A DNA stretch of 62,421 bases, counting the filler, from Stramenopiles sp. TOSAG23-3 (taxonomy: Eukaryota): the NCBI GenBank assembly GCA_900128585.1. It is 9 parts of 9 records of this genome, joined end to end, with 100 filler letters (N's around TTAATTAATTAA, not from the genome) between each part and the next. Parts side by side here need not be neighbours in the genome. Positions count along the whole stretch, not along the records: positions 1 to 9,499 come from LT642910.1; positions 9,600 to 19,096 come from LT642911.1; 7 more parts are not named here. One strand, 5' to 3'. Shown one piece after another: positions 1 to 10,167 of the stretch (positions are counted from its first letter, which is position 1; each line of letters starts with the position of its first letter). The notes below the pieces were generated by a model. It ran no database searches and was not told where the DNA came from. It saw only the letters and a program-made list of their open reading frames with translations. A program made the position numbers and the translations under genes.

Positions 1-238
1 CAGCATTCGGTGTCTTGTTGACATCGGGTTTTTATAACCCTCCTATATTATATACGAGGACCTCCTATCTAAGCATTAAAAAACCGGCATGAATGCCAAT
101 CAGCTGTGGATGAGGCGCGTAAGTGTAAAATACGGTAATGCTGTTACTTTAGTCATATCATTAAAGGGTAAACTTAAAAGATTTCATATTAGTTTTTTTA
201 AAGATCTGGGAAAATAAGTTAGGTTTATACGTTGATCT

Positions 239-573
239 TCATGGTTTTTCTTTACTTTGTTTTTCACATGCCCATGGGCATGAATTTCTCACGCCTGCAA
301 ATGCTCTTGTTGCTCTTGCATGTTTCCGGTCTTGTGATTGTTTCACTCGCATGGTAAAATCTTGTTGCGTTTCATTCTTTCTTCGTTTTATCCCTGAAGC
401 AGATAAACTTGAACCTTTTTCAAAACTTACATTTGCGTTAAGGCCTTTTGCACCACTGTAAAGCACATGGTAAGAAAGCGGTTAACTTTGTGTTAGAAAG
501 GAGATTATTATTTAGGATTGTCGAACTATAGAGACGAGAAAACTTACATTCCGTTTTGATATGTTGTAGACAT
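239..573 (-). CDS. Small two-exon hypothetical protein, about 80 aa (exons 573-548 and 455-239)
   Basis: ATG at 573 after an AT-rich leader. GTAAG donor at 547, CTAAC branch motif and TACAG acceptor at 456. Splicing joins MSTTYQNG-I-GAKGLN in frame with the 239..466 ORF. No family recognised. Confidence 0.55.
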
Positions 574-1393
574 ATTTATATACCCCTGTGTGTGTACGAT
601 GTTTGTTTTTTCGGTTGTTTCCTGGAGATAATTAATTGTGTTGATGATTTGAATTGGTCGTGTGCTCATTTAATAAAATAACTGTACATAATCTACATAT
701 AAATCTATTACCTATCCATAATAACTCAATCAGAACACAAACATACATTCATACATTCATATGAGATAAGTTGGTTAATAAATATTAATTACATTTTTTT
801 ATGTATGCGAAGAAGAAGAAGAAATATCTTTTTATACTACTATCATACACCGTAGTAAAAAAATGTTTTTATAATAATAAAATATAAAATATGTGATGAT
901 ATAAAATGTAATCATCATCATCTTTTTTTATTATATATATATGTATTTCACTTGTAAAATCCATATTACCAGAGCATGACAACATTATATCTATTATAAT
1001 TAAATTAAATATTTGTAATTTGTACATATAATGTATATAACCATTAAAAACAAGGAAGGAAAGCTGAAAATGAAAAGACTTCATTCGGATAAATTGGGGG
1101 AGAATTTATTACACTGGAATTGTATTATTTATATAAGGGAATAGAAGGGAAGGGAGGGTGTATAACAACATTTTGAGGATTTAATATCTATAGAAATAGT
1201 ATATAGAAATAGTAAAGGGGATCTGATGGTTAATTAAATTTGAGTGTTGCCTTACGAAGGAAATCCACCCTTTCGAATCGATTGGATTATTATATGATTA
1301 ACAATTTAAATGTTTTTGAAACAGTGAGTAGAGCGTTGTGGGACGATTTGTGTTATTAAACCAAACTAGAAGACATCTTATCACAACGAAACA

Positions 1394-2866
1394 ATGAGAA
1401 TTCTTTTGTTAGTATACCTTGCAATCCTTGTGATTGTCACCAAAGCCGATGGTAGTAGCACTGGCGCGACCGGGACTTCCGAGTCCACGGGTGCCGCCGA
1501 TGCCACTGGTACCACCGTCAACATGGACGATCCAAACCGGCCCATGATGAAGAAAATTGAAGAAAAGAGAAAGGCCGACGCGGACAAGAGAATCGCCAAG
1601 CACAGGGACGAAGCACGACAAAACATCATTGGCGTTCTTGACACGGCCATCAAACAAACGACCACGTACTCGAACCAGCAAAAGGCCGCATGCACCGTAG
1701 AGATCAAAGCCACCGATGAATGGCAGCAAGAATCCAGCGGGAAAGCCGCCGAAGCCGCACGCGCGCAACGCAACGAAGCCAAGAAAGCCTTGAAAGAAGC
1801 CATCATTGGTCGCGAAAGTGTATTGAAAGAATTCCTTGCCAAATTGGAAGCTGGAAAGCAAAAGCTTGGGCACAGTATTCGCAACACCAACAACATCTAC
1901 ACGCACATTTACGACACTAACCGACAAACCGAAGTGAACGCGAGGAACGCGTTGCACGCCCTTACCGTTGGTATCGTCCCAGATGGAAAATTGCTTCCCT
2001 TCCAGCCGATCAAAGAAATCACCGGCCACGAACACGTTGACCAAGGCATGACTTTGTACAAACCATCGAATGCAAACCCAGGGTCGGCGACCGGGGGAGC
2101 TGCCGCAGACAACGCCGAGGCCGCCTCGACAACCACCAACACGTTCCTTCAAATCGACGCCTTCAAGGTTGAAAACCGTCGTGCCCATTACGACACCGTT
2201 TTGATGGAATTGGAAGCCGGTTTGCACAAGAAAGCAACCGGGTGTGACTTGAAAGAGTGCGAAACCGCGTACATGGCAATTTACGAAATCATCAAACAAG
2301 TTTACTTGCACGATGTTCCATTGCGCAAATACGCAGATGGCTTGAAGCACATGATTGAAGTACGCAAGGCCAAGTTGGTGGCTTTGGGCAAACAACGCGA
2401 GGCCCTTACCCGCAGTATCAACGGTGAAGGCCAAACCTTGGCTGGATTGTTCCCATTGATAAAAAAACACGCGGAGACTTTGGACGTGGCATGCAAGAAG
2501 ATGCCAACGAACACTGAAAGGATGCTTGTAAAATTGAAAGCAACGAAGGCCGATGCTGAGGCAAAGCGATTGATGTGCTCGCCAGACGGCAGTGCCCCAG
2601 CCGGTGCAGACAGCTCCGAATCCTCGTCCGCAACTGGTGCCAGTAGTTCGGCCAGTGCCACCGGTAGCCCCGAAACGGACAGTTCTAGCTCCAGTTCTAG
2701 CTCGAGCTCAAGCTCCAGCTCTGGTGCCAGCTCTAGTGATAGCTCGGCGAGTGGTACCGCAGAAGACAAAACTCCAGCAACAGCAACGCTGGGTCAACCC
2801 CTGCTGTTGAGGGCGTCTTTGACCAAAACCAAGGCTAAATTAGCACGCATGATACATGGCGTATGA
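1394..2866 (+). CDS. Secreted coiled-coil protein with Ala-Thr-Gly/Ser-rich linkers, function unknown
   Basis: 490-aa ORF with coding-like codon bias. N-terminal signal peptide (MRILLLVYLAILVIVTKA), helical blocks and a poly-Ser tail. Confidence 0.85.
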   Translation: MRILLLVYLAILVIVTKADGSSTGATGTSESTGAADATGTTVNMDDPNRPMMKKIEEKRKADADKRIAKHRDEARQNIIGVLDTAIKQTTTYSNQQKAACTVEIKATDEWQQESSGKAAEAARAQRNEAKKALKEAIIGRESVLKEFLAKLEAGKQKLGHSIRNTNNIYTHIYDTNRQTEVNARNALHALTVGIVPDGKLLPFQPIKEITGHEHVDQGMTLYKPSNANPGSATGGAAADNAEAASTTTNTFLQIDAFKVENRRAHYDTVLMELEAGLHKKATGCDLKECETAYMAIYEIIKQVYLHDVPLRKYADGLKHMIEVRKAKLVALGKQREALTRSINGEGQTLAGLFPLIKKHAETLDVACKKMPTNTERMLVKLKATKADAEAKRLMCSPDGSAPAGADSSESSSATGASSSASATGSPETDSSSSSSSSSSSSSSGASSSDSSASGTAEDKTPATATLGQPLLLRASLTKTKAKLARMIHGV

Positions 2867-3472
2867 CATTTAAATGTTAAAAAAATATATTTTATGGTCT
2901 AGTGTGAGTATTGAGTATCATACGAAGTAGAGTAGAGAAGAAGAACACAACTCTTGTACCTGGTACGGTACGGTTATCCGTACCGGTACCGCTCTTTTTG
3001 TACACCGACCAACCAACCTGCCCAACACATGTACCCCAATCTCGATATTATCTCGATAGGTCCAATTATCGAGATAAAGTAATAATATAGAAATAACAGC
3101 AACACACGAAGTATTTAAATTGTACAGCAGGAGGTCGGTAGTCTCAAATAATAGGAAAAAAAATATTTTATTATTATTTTTTTTTTATAATAATAATAAT
3201 AAATAATACGACGAAAGAAAGAAAGAATGAAAGAAAAGGATTCTGCAACTTTTTATTAGTTTCGTTTCATAAAAATCGGAGAGGCGTGTATAATCGCTCC
3301 TGAAATTGAAAAATTCGAATATACAACCCCTGTATTTAAATCCGTAGATATTGTGTTCAAAACCTTGTGAATTAACTTTCTTGTTGTAAACGAAGCCGTG
3401 GGGAACATTCAAGGAAACGCCAATACCCAGGTAAGGTTTTGGTAAGGCGCGGCCGCTATATATATACATACT

Positions 3473-3916
3473 ATGAACATGGACAACGCTCGGCAGGGAT
3501 GCAGGAACGTTGCGCTTGGTGTGATTGGCGGCAGCCTTCTGGGCGTTGTGGGGGGCGCTAGCGCGGCTATTGTACAGAATCACCCGGTTTCTTTTTATGC
3601 AGTTCGGGTAGGTACAAATTTCGGCATGCTGAGTTGCTGCTTTTTTGGCTTGAACGAGACCTTATGTTTTCTTCGGCAGAAACGGGACGTGTGGAACCCT
3701 ACGTTCTCGGGTGCTGCCAGTGGTTTTGTCTGTTTTTCCGCGTACGGCGGGCCCAGGTTTGGCGTGTTGGGGTTAATTTTGATGTCTGGTGTGGGGTATG
3801 GTGGGCACCATGTCGGAGGAACGCTGGGGGAGATGAAAGACGAGTTTGTACGGGCGAGGCGCGCCCACCTTCGCAAAGCACACAAAGGTGCTGGCGGCCA
3901 AGAGGGGGAAGAATAA
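3473..3916 (+). CDS. Tim17/Tim22/Tim23-family membrane protein (possibly NDUFA11/B14.7-like)
   Basis: Gly-rich TM helices and the family motif LRQKRDVWNPTFSGAASG. Confidence 0.75.
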   Translation: MNMDNARQGCRNVALGVIGGSLLGVVGGASAAIVQNHPVSFYAVRVGTNFGMLSCCFFGLNETLCFLRQKRDVWNPTFSGAASGFVCFSAYGGPRFGVLGLILMSGVGYGGHHVGGTLGEMKDEFVRARRAHLRKAHKGAGGQEGEE

Positions 3917-4097
3917 GGGGAAGAAGCGTGCGGCAGATTGAACTACGAACGACATATACTTTTTTTGCTCATATATTTTAAACTACTTCTTAGAAATTCT
4001 TAGAATGCTTTTATACTTAAGTTTAGTACCTCTCCCTTAAACCCCACGCGCGCGCGCGCGGGGGGTGCTGGGCGAACGACTATGCCCCGGCCGGCGT

Positions 4098-5520
4098 TTA
4101 CTTCGAATCGCTCTTGCTCTTCGTGGCGTCCATGTACTCTTCCAAAATCTTGTCCTGCTCGTACCGTTCGTTGGCTTGGTCGTCCTGGCCGTAAATTTTG
4201 CGGCTCATCGACCAAACTTGAACTACATTGTCGTCCGACACTGAAGCGCATAGCCAGCCGTCCCCTTCTCGAAGGCTGCAGTCTTCTACCCGGCCTGTGT
4301 GTCCACTGTGCATGAACAGCATTTCCGGGGGCCCGTCGGCGACGTCCTCTCGCTCTTGCTCGTCCCCAATCCTAGACAAGTCGTGTACCAGGACACGACG
4401 GTCGCCACTCGTGGACACGAACCCAGGGGCGTAACTAGGGTTCCACTGCAGGGACAGAATGTCGGTGTAGTGAATCCTCGGCATGGAGTGGATCCACTGC
4501 CGGCGTGCGGCGCCCAGGACGCGGGTGTCCCACAATCTATAGGTACCGTCGGAACTTCCCGTCAGCAGGAGGCTGGGGATGGTCGGGTGGCATTCGACGG
4601 CGTTGATGGGGCGGTAGTGGGCGTCCTCGATGATGTTCGACCGCACTCGTTCGCGGGTGTCCCATAGTTGGATGGTCTTATCCTCCCCGACGGACACGAA
4701 GCAGTGCGGGTTCGACTGGTTCCACGACACGTCTTCCACTGAGCCTTTGTGCCCTTGGAAGACACCAAGGGGCTGCACCGTCTTCACGTTCCCGCTGACT
4801 TTCCAAAGGCAAATCAACCCGTCGTTCCCTGCACTAATGACCTCGTCTTTGTCCCCAAGCCTGCTCCACTCGAGGCCGTAGCCTTCCTCTTTATGCCCCT
4901 CGCACACCGACACGTGCCCCGAACCGGACTCCTTGCTAATGTCGTAGATGTAGACCTTTCCGCTAGGGGATTTGGTCGCGACTAAGTTTGTATTTCCCCA
5001 GCAGTGGCGCGCCCGGTTGACCTCCCCGTCGTGGGGGAACCGCTTCTCGATTTTCACGCGTGTCCTAGCAGCGGCCGACTCGCTCCCGTCCGACCCCCCG
5101 TTGTCGCCGTCCTCCTTGATGTGCATCCAATCCGTCCCCTCCTGCGGGAGGGTGATCCCGGTCACCATCAGGTGGTTCTGTGCCCCTCCGCTGGTGTGGG
5201 TACCCAACAGCAGCCTCCGGGTGATGAGCGTCTCCGTCTCGTCATCAAAGGAGCGCGGCAACCACTCGCACGTCAACGACGGCCACTCCAAGGCGTGGCC
5301 AAGGTATATATCGTAGAGGTATGGGACGTTCTTTTTCCAGACGTTGTACTCGTCTTTAATGCGCAAGGTCTCGTCCGATACTTCGACGGTTTCGGGTTCC
5401 AGGGCCGCCGCTGCTGCTGCTGCCGCCGCCGTTGGAGCTGGAGCTAATGGCGCCGCCGGCGCAGCAGCAACCGCCCCACCGGTGGGATGCAGAGCTCCGC
5501 TTTCATTAGGTTGTGCCATG
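4098..5520 (-). CDS. RBBP4: Histone-binding WD40 protein RBBP4/MSI1 (CAF-1 subunit C)
   Basis: EYNVWKKNVPYLYD, ALEWPSLTCEWLP, LLLGTHTS, HDGEVNRAR, EGYGLEW and DGPPEMLFMHSGHT motifs. Start placed at the first ATG (MAQPNE) because the ORF-track start at 5576 is a TTG. Confidence 0.95.
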
Positions 5521-6197
5521 ATGGATGGTTCGTTCCTTGCTCGGCTATTCAGTGAGGGTGTTTGTCTGTCTGTCAATCGATCAAATTCCTAGGAATGATT
5601 ATATTCACAGGTATCCAAAACAAGCACGTGGATGCAAATTATACCTTTTATCGTTTAAATAATAGGTATGAATCGAAAGAAAACCCTTTGGGGAGAGAGA
5701 TATATAGAAGACCTTCGGAACTTCCTTTTTTTTGTTTCGTTGTTCTTCTTTTTTGTTTTTTTTTTGTGATGACTGGAGAAGGATGCTAAATGTTATTTAC
5801 ATGTATTTTCAATATTGTAACTTATAGTATTATTATGTATTAAGATAGTAATTATTCAGTATATTATAGAAATCCTTCCACCATCCACTATATTAGGGTA
5901 AATACATTTTCAAATAAGTATAATAATTTGTATACTTTGCATTGGTTTGAAATGAAGCACTAAAAAGAAAAAGGAGGATGATGGAATAATTTAAAATATA
6001 GACAGAGCATCGAATTATAATAAAACATAGAATTTAAATAGGAAAAGAATAAGGAAGAGAATACTATTCATTTAATTTAAGTACTTTGTTTTTGTGTTCG
6101 CGCCACTTCTTCTAATCTCGCTTCTATAATAATTTCTATATTTTACATATTACATAGAGATAGTACCTTAGCTATTGTAGCTTATTTAAAGATGATT

Positions 6198-6283
6198 TTC
6201 TCTTTCTTTCGACTCTTTCTTTCTTTCTTTCGACTCTTTCTTTCGACTCTTTCTTTCTTTCTTTCTTTCTTTCTTTGCTTCTT
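6198..6283. repeat. (TTTC)n microsatellite with CGAC interruptions
   Basis: Direct inspection. Confidence 0.9.
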
Positions 6284-6585
6284 TGTTTTCTATCGTCGTG
6301 TCGTGGTGCGTGTATGATAATGTACATCCTATCCTATCTCTATGTTATAGATATAATAATAAAATATGTGGTGGTGTAGCTATTTTTATATTATATATAA
6401 ATAATGCAATTACTACCACCTGCTACTATTATTATTTTATAGTAAACCAGGTAGTATTCCAATGTTAAATTAATCTTCAAAAATACATTGAAGTAAAAAT
6501 AAAAAAAATTAAGTAAAGTTTAAATAGTTAGAGCCATAGTTAGCCATAGTACTACTATTAAATACTAATACATTATATAGAATCA

Positions 6586-6782
6586 TCTCTCTTCTCTCTC
6601 TCTCTCTCTCTCTTCCTTCTTCTTTCTTCTTTCTTCCTTCTTCCTTCTTCTTTCTTCCTTCTTCTTTCTTCCTTCTTCCTTCTTCTTTCTTATTTGTTGC
6701 CTTCTTCTTTCTTCTACCTTCTACCTTCTACCTCATCTGTATCTATTATTTTCTTCCATCGATCCTTCTTCTTCTTTCTTCT
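6586..6782. repeat. (CT)n/(CTT)n polypyrimidine simple repeat
   Basis: Direct inspection. Confidence 0.9.
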
Positions 6783-6991
6783 TATACTATCACATTTGTT
6801 GGGTAGAATTCTTCTTCAAAGAAGAATCAGAAGTTGTGTAATTTTATAACTATATCTTACAATCTTTCTCAATGAATGTTAAACAGTGTTTTTACAGAAG
6901 AACAAACGAAAGTATTTATTACATCGTTTGAAGAAGAAGAGAAGAAATCGAACGGAAAGAACGTTTTGTGTGTCCAGAACGACCTTGAACC

Positions 6992-9314
6992 ATGGCCGCC
7001 GTAATGGACGTTACCGAGAACGAGAGACCAAGGGCGAACAGCGTCCAAGCCAAGAACGTATGCCTAACGCCGTTGAAAATAGTTGGTGTCCAAGACAAAA
7101 CCCCGCTTGCGTGGGACAACGACGGCAACTGGCTGCTGTTCGCATCTAACAATAGATCGTTGTACTTATGGAAGCTTCTGGTGTCAGAAGGGAAAGCTCT
7201 CGACCAAACCCCCTACCGTATGAGTTTGACGAAAATGCTGTCCGGAGGGCACAAACATAAGATTTCTTGCGCGACCTTTCACCCTGAATTCGCGTCGAAC
7301 AACCAGATTGTTACGGGCGGGGCGGACGGGATCATCATCTGGAACGCTACCGACGGGACCATAACGAGACACATCGAAGTAGGGAAAGACATCGGGAGGT
7401 CGTTCCACGAGTCTGACATTGAGGTTCTGAAGTTCATCTACGGGGGGGGCGTTTCTGGTGTCTGGATCGAAAGACTCTGCCGTAAAGGTGTGGGACGCAC
7501 AAAACGACTTCGCGCTGGTAGACACGCTGAACGGGCACAAGGCACCAGTGCTGACCATTGACTTCCACTTGAAAAAGAATTTGCTTGCCACCGCGGGGAG
7601 AGACAGTAGCGTGAAAATCTGGGACGTCTCCACTCTGGAACCGTCCCGTCGCTTGGCCCGCCAAGACGACCGGGGGGAGAACGTGCAGTTGAGGTGTAGC
7701 ATGGACGGCCACCGAGGGGACGTGTGCGCCCTGACGTTCTTTCCCAGCGGCAACAATGTTTTGAGCGGGGCCCGCGACAATTCCATGAAAATATGGAGCG
7801 TCGACACGGCGCGCGAAGAGCGGGAAGTGAAAGGGAACGTCCACAGCGCCGACGTTCGGAAAATCGTGTTCCTCCCGCAGGGAAAGCACGACCAGGCCAC
7901 GCAGCACTTCTTGTCCTGTGGTCTGGATGGCCTCATCAAAGTGTGGAAGACGGGCTCCGTCGACGCCGTCGCGGGGATTATGAGCGCGGAGGACATGGAG
8001 ATAGGCGCAAAACAGACGTTGGCGGACATATTGTCGGACAATGCCGTCGTCGATATCCTTGCCGTCGACGTTGTTGCCGACGCCGTGGTGGCCCAAGTCC
8101 AAGCCCATGCGAACGACGTCTGGGCCATGGAGAAAAGCGTCCGAGTCCTTAGCGATGGCTCCTGCATTGTAGTTACGGCGTCCGTGTACAACGAAGTGCG
8201 GTTCTGGTGCTTGAGGCAAGACCCTTCGAACCCGGACCTCTTTTCTATCCAGCTGGTTCAAGAGTACGTTGGCCACCGCGACGAATTGACGAGTTGCCAG
8301 CTGATCAAGAACGACCGGTACCTGGTCACGTCCAGCGAAGATTACTCCGTGCACCTGTACGATTTAGAAACCATGGAGTGCAAGCGGCAGTTCGACTTTG
8401 GCGGCGCGGCGCTGCGGCTGGCGGTGGACGAGGATCACAAGTACGTCATGGTGGGGGGAACGGACTACGTGATCAAAATGTACGAGCTGGACCCGCCCTA
8501 TGCGCACGTGGCGAACTACCGGGGCCATAGTGGCAGGGTCATCTCCCTTTCTGTGAAAAAGTTTGGAGGCAAAAACTACCTCGTAAGTGGCGGCCACGAT
8601 TTCAACCTGTTGCTATGGGAGCTCAAAGGTCGGGGCCCCAACACGCAAATCGACAGCGTTGCAGAGTACGGGCCCATAAAGAAAATACTTGCGCACGAAG
8701 GCCATGTCATGGATTTGCAGTTTGCCCGAGGGGATCTGACTAAATTGGCGTCTGGAGGGAACGACCATACCGTGAAATGTTGGGAGCTGAAGAAGGGGCC
8801 CTCACTAGTCAGCTGTTGGGAGAATTCCACAAGCCATCACAGTGTTGTGACAAGCGTATGCTGGGGCGCAAAAAATTCTGCCAACATGATCTTTAGCACG
8901 GGCTGGGACTCGATCATTTACGCCTGGGACTCCAGAAGCAAGACCGGGACCCATGCGGGGGCTCTCGCTGCCCACGAGGGTCGCGTCACGGAAGTCGAAG
9001 TGAGCCCGAACGGGTTACACTTGTATTCCTGTGGAGCGGACCTGAAGACTTACGTGTGGAAAACCACGGCGCCCTTCGATTGTTTGTGCCAATATCGCAC
9101 CAGCGTATCCATGGGTGTCATTTCGACCTTGTCCGTTGGGGTCAACGTTTGTTGCACCGGCGATGGCGATGGGCTGATTCGGATATGGCCGGCGTTTCGC
9201 AATGAGAAGTACAAAGGGCATTATTTTTCGGCCTATCATGATCGTCGGGCGAGTTTCATGATGGTAGGAGACGAGGAAGACGAGATGGCCAATGGTGCAA
9301 TGGATAAAAAATAA
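6992..9314 (+). CDS. Large WD40-repeat protein (about 773 aa) with an apparent one-base insertion in the G8 run at 7442-7449
   Basis: ORFs 6992..7561 and 7458..9314 both carry GH...WD repeats. Removing one G gives FIYGGAFLVSGSKDSAVKVWD, a complete WD repeat. Confidence 0.88.
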
Positions 9315-9378
9315 AATTTTAAGACGCAATTAGTGTCTCAAAATGTTTTATATTGTAAAAACAAAATATAAAAAGTAA

Positions 9379-9408
9379 TTTACTTAAATAACAGCCAATT
9401 TTCTTGTT
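9379..9408 (+). repeat. Copy of the dispersed 3'-intergenic element (TTACTTAAATAACAGCCAATTTTCTTGTT)
   Basis: Near-identical to the copies at 13488, 33337, 43757, 43818, 48011 and 62309. Confidence 0.9.
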
Positions 9409-9499
9409 ATTAAAAAGTAAAACCATTTAAAATGTAGTGCGAGTAACATACGTATGTGTACCAGGTATTGTACTTTGCACGATTAGTGCACAGGGGGGG

Positions 9500-9599
9500 N
9501 NNNNNNNNNNNNNNNNNNNNNNNNNNNNNNNNNNNNNNNNNNNTTAATTAATTAANNNNNNNNNNNNNNNNNNNNNNNNNNNNNNNNNNNNNNNNNNNN
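9500..9599. other. Artificial contig linker N44-TTAATTAATTAA-N44 (also at 19097, 28691, 38283, 47872, 57458, 59114, 60769)
   Basis: Eight identical 100-bp spacers with a six-frame stop core. Flanking contig lengths decrease monotonically. Confidence 0.98.
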
Positions 9600-10167
9600 A
9601 TACGAACATGCATATTTTGATAGACAAATAATTCCCTTAAAACCAGCAGGGTCATCGTGCCGGAGGTACTTTTAATTAATATAATTAAATTAAAATATTT
9701 TATTATTATTGTATTACTATTTTTTTTATTAAAATAAAGTAACTAACTGAGGAGTCGTCAAGTAAGTGAACACGTCGCTTCATAGACTAAGCATTAAGAC
9801 TTTGCGTCTTTCTCTACTGTACGCACACATTCCTAGCCTCGACATACTAAAAGACGTCTCTCTATAAGAACGACAATTCTAAGTTTGATAAAAGTAGGGA
9901 AGGCAAGGTCAATTTAATTCATTGCCCGTTTGTATTTTGTTTCGAAGGGATTGCGTGGATAGCGAAACCTTTGGTTTGCAAGTAAGTAGCAACGTCTTAT
10001 TTGGCTGAGCCAGTTGGGCGAGCAAGCGTACCTGCTCCGTTTTTTCTGGCTGTTTTCGGTCCAGTTACCCCGCCCGTGTTTGTACAGAACGAAAGGAGGG
10101 AGGCGCACGAGGTCTAACGCGTGTGTTCGCCGTGGCATAGGATAGCAGCTTAGCTGGTTGGTTGACC

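Noticed and set aside
4041-4067. (CG)n run after the RBBP4 stop as a Z-DNA or hairpin signal
   Set aside because: Single short occurrence, consistent with a simple repeat.
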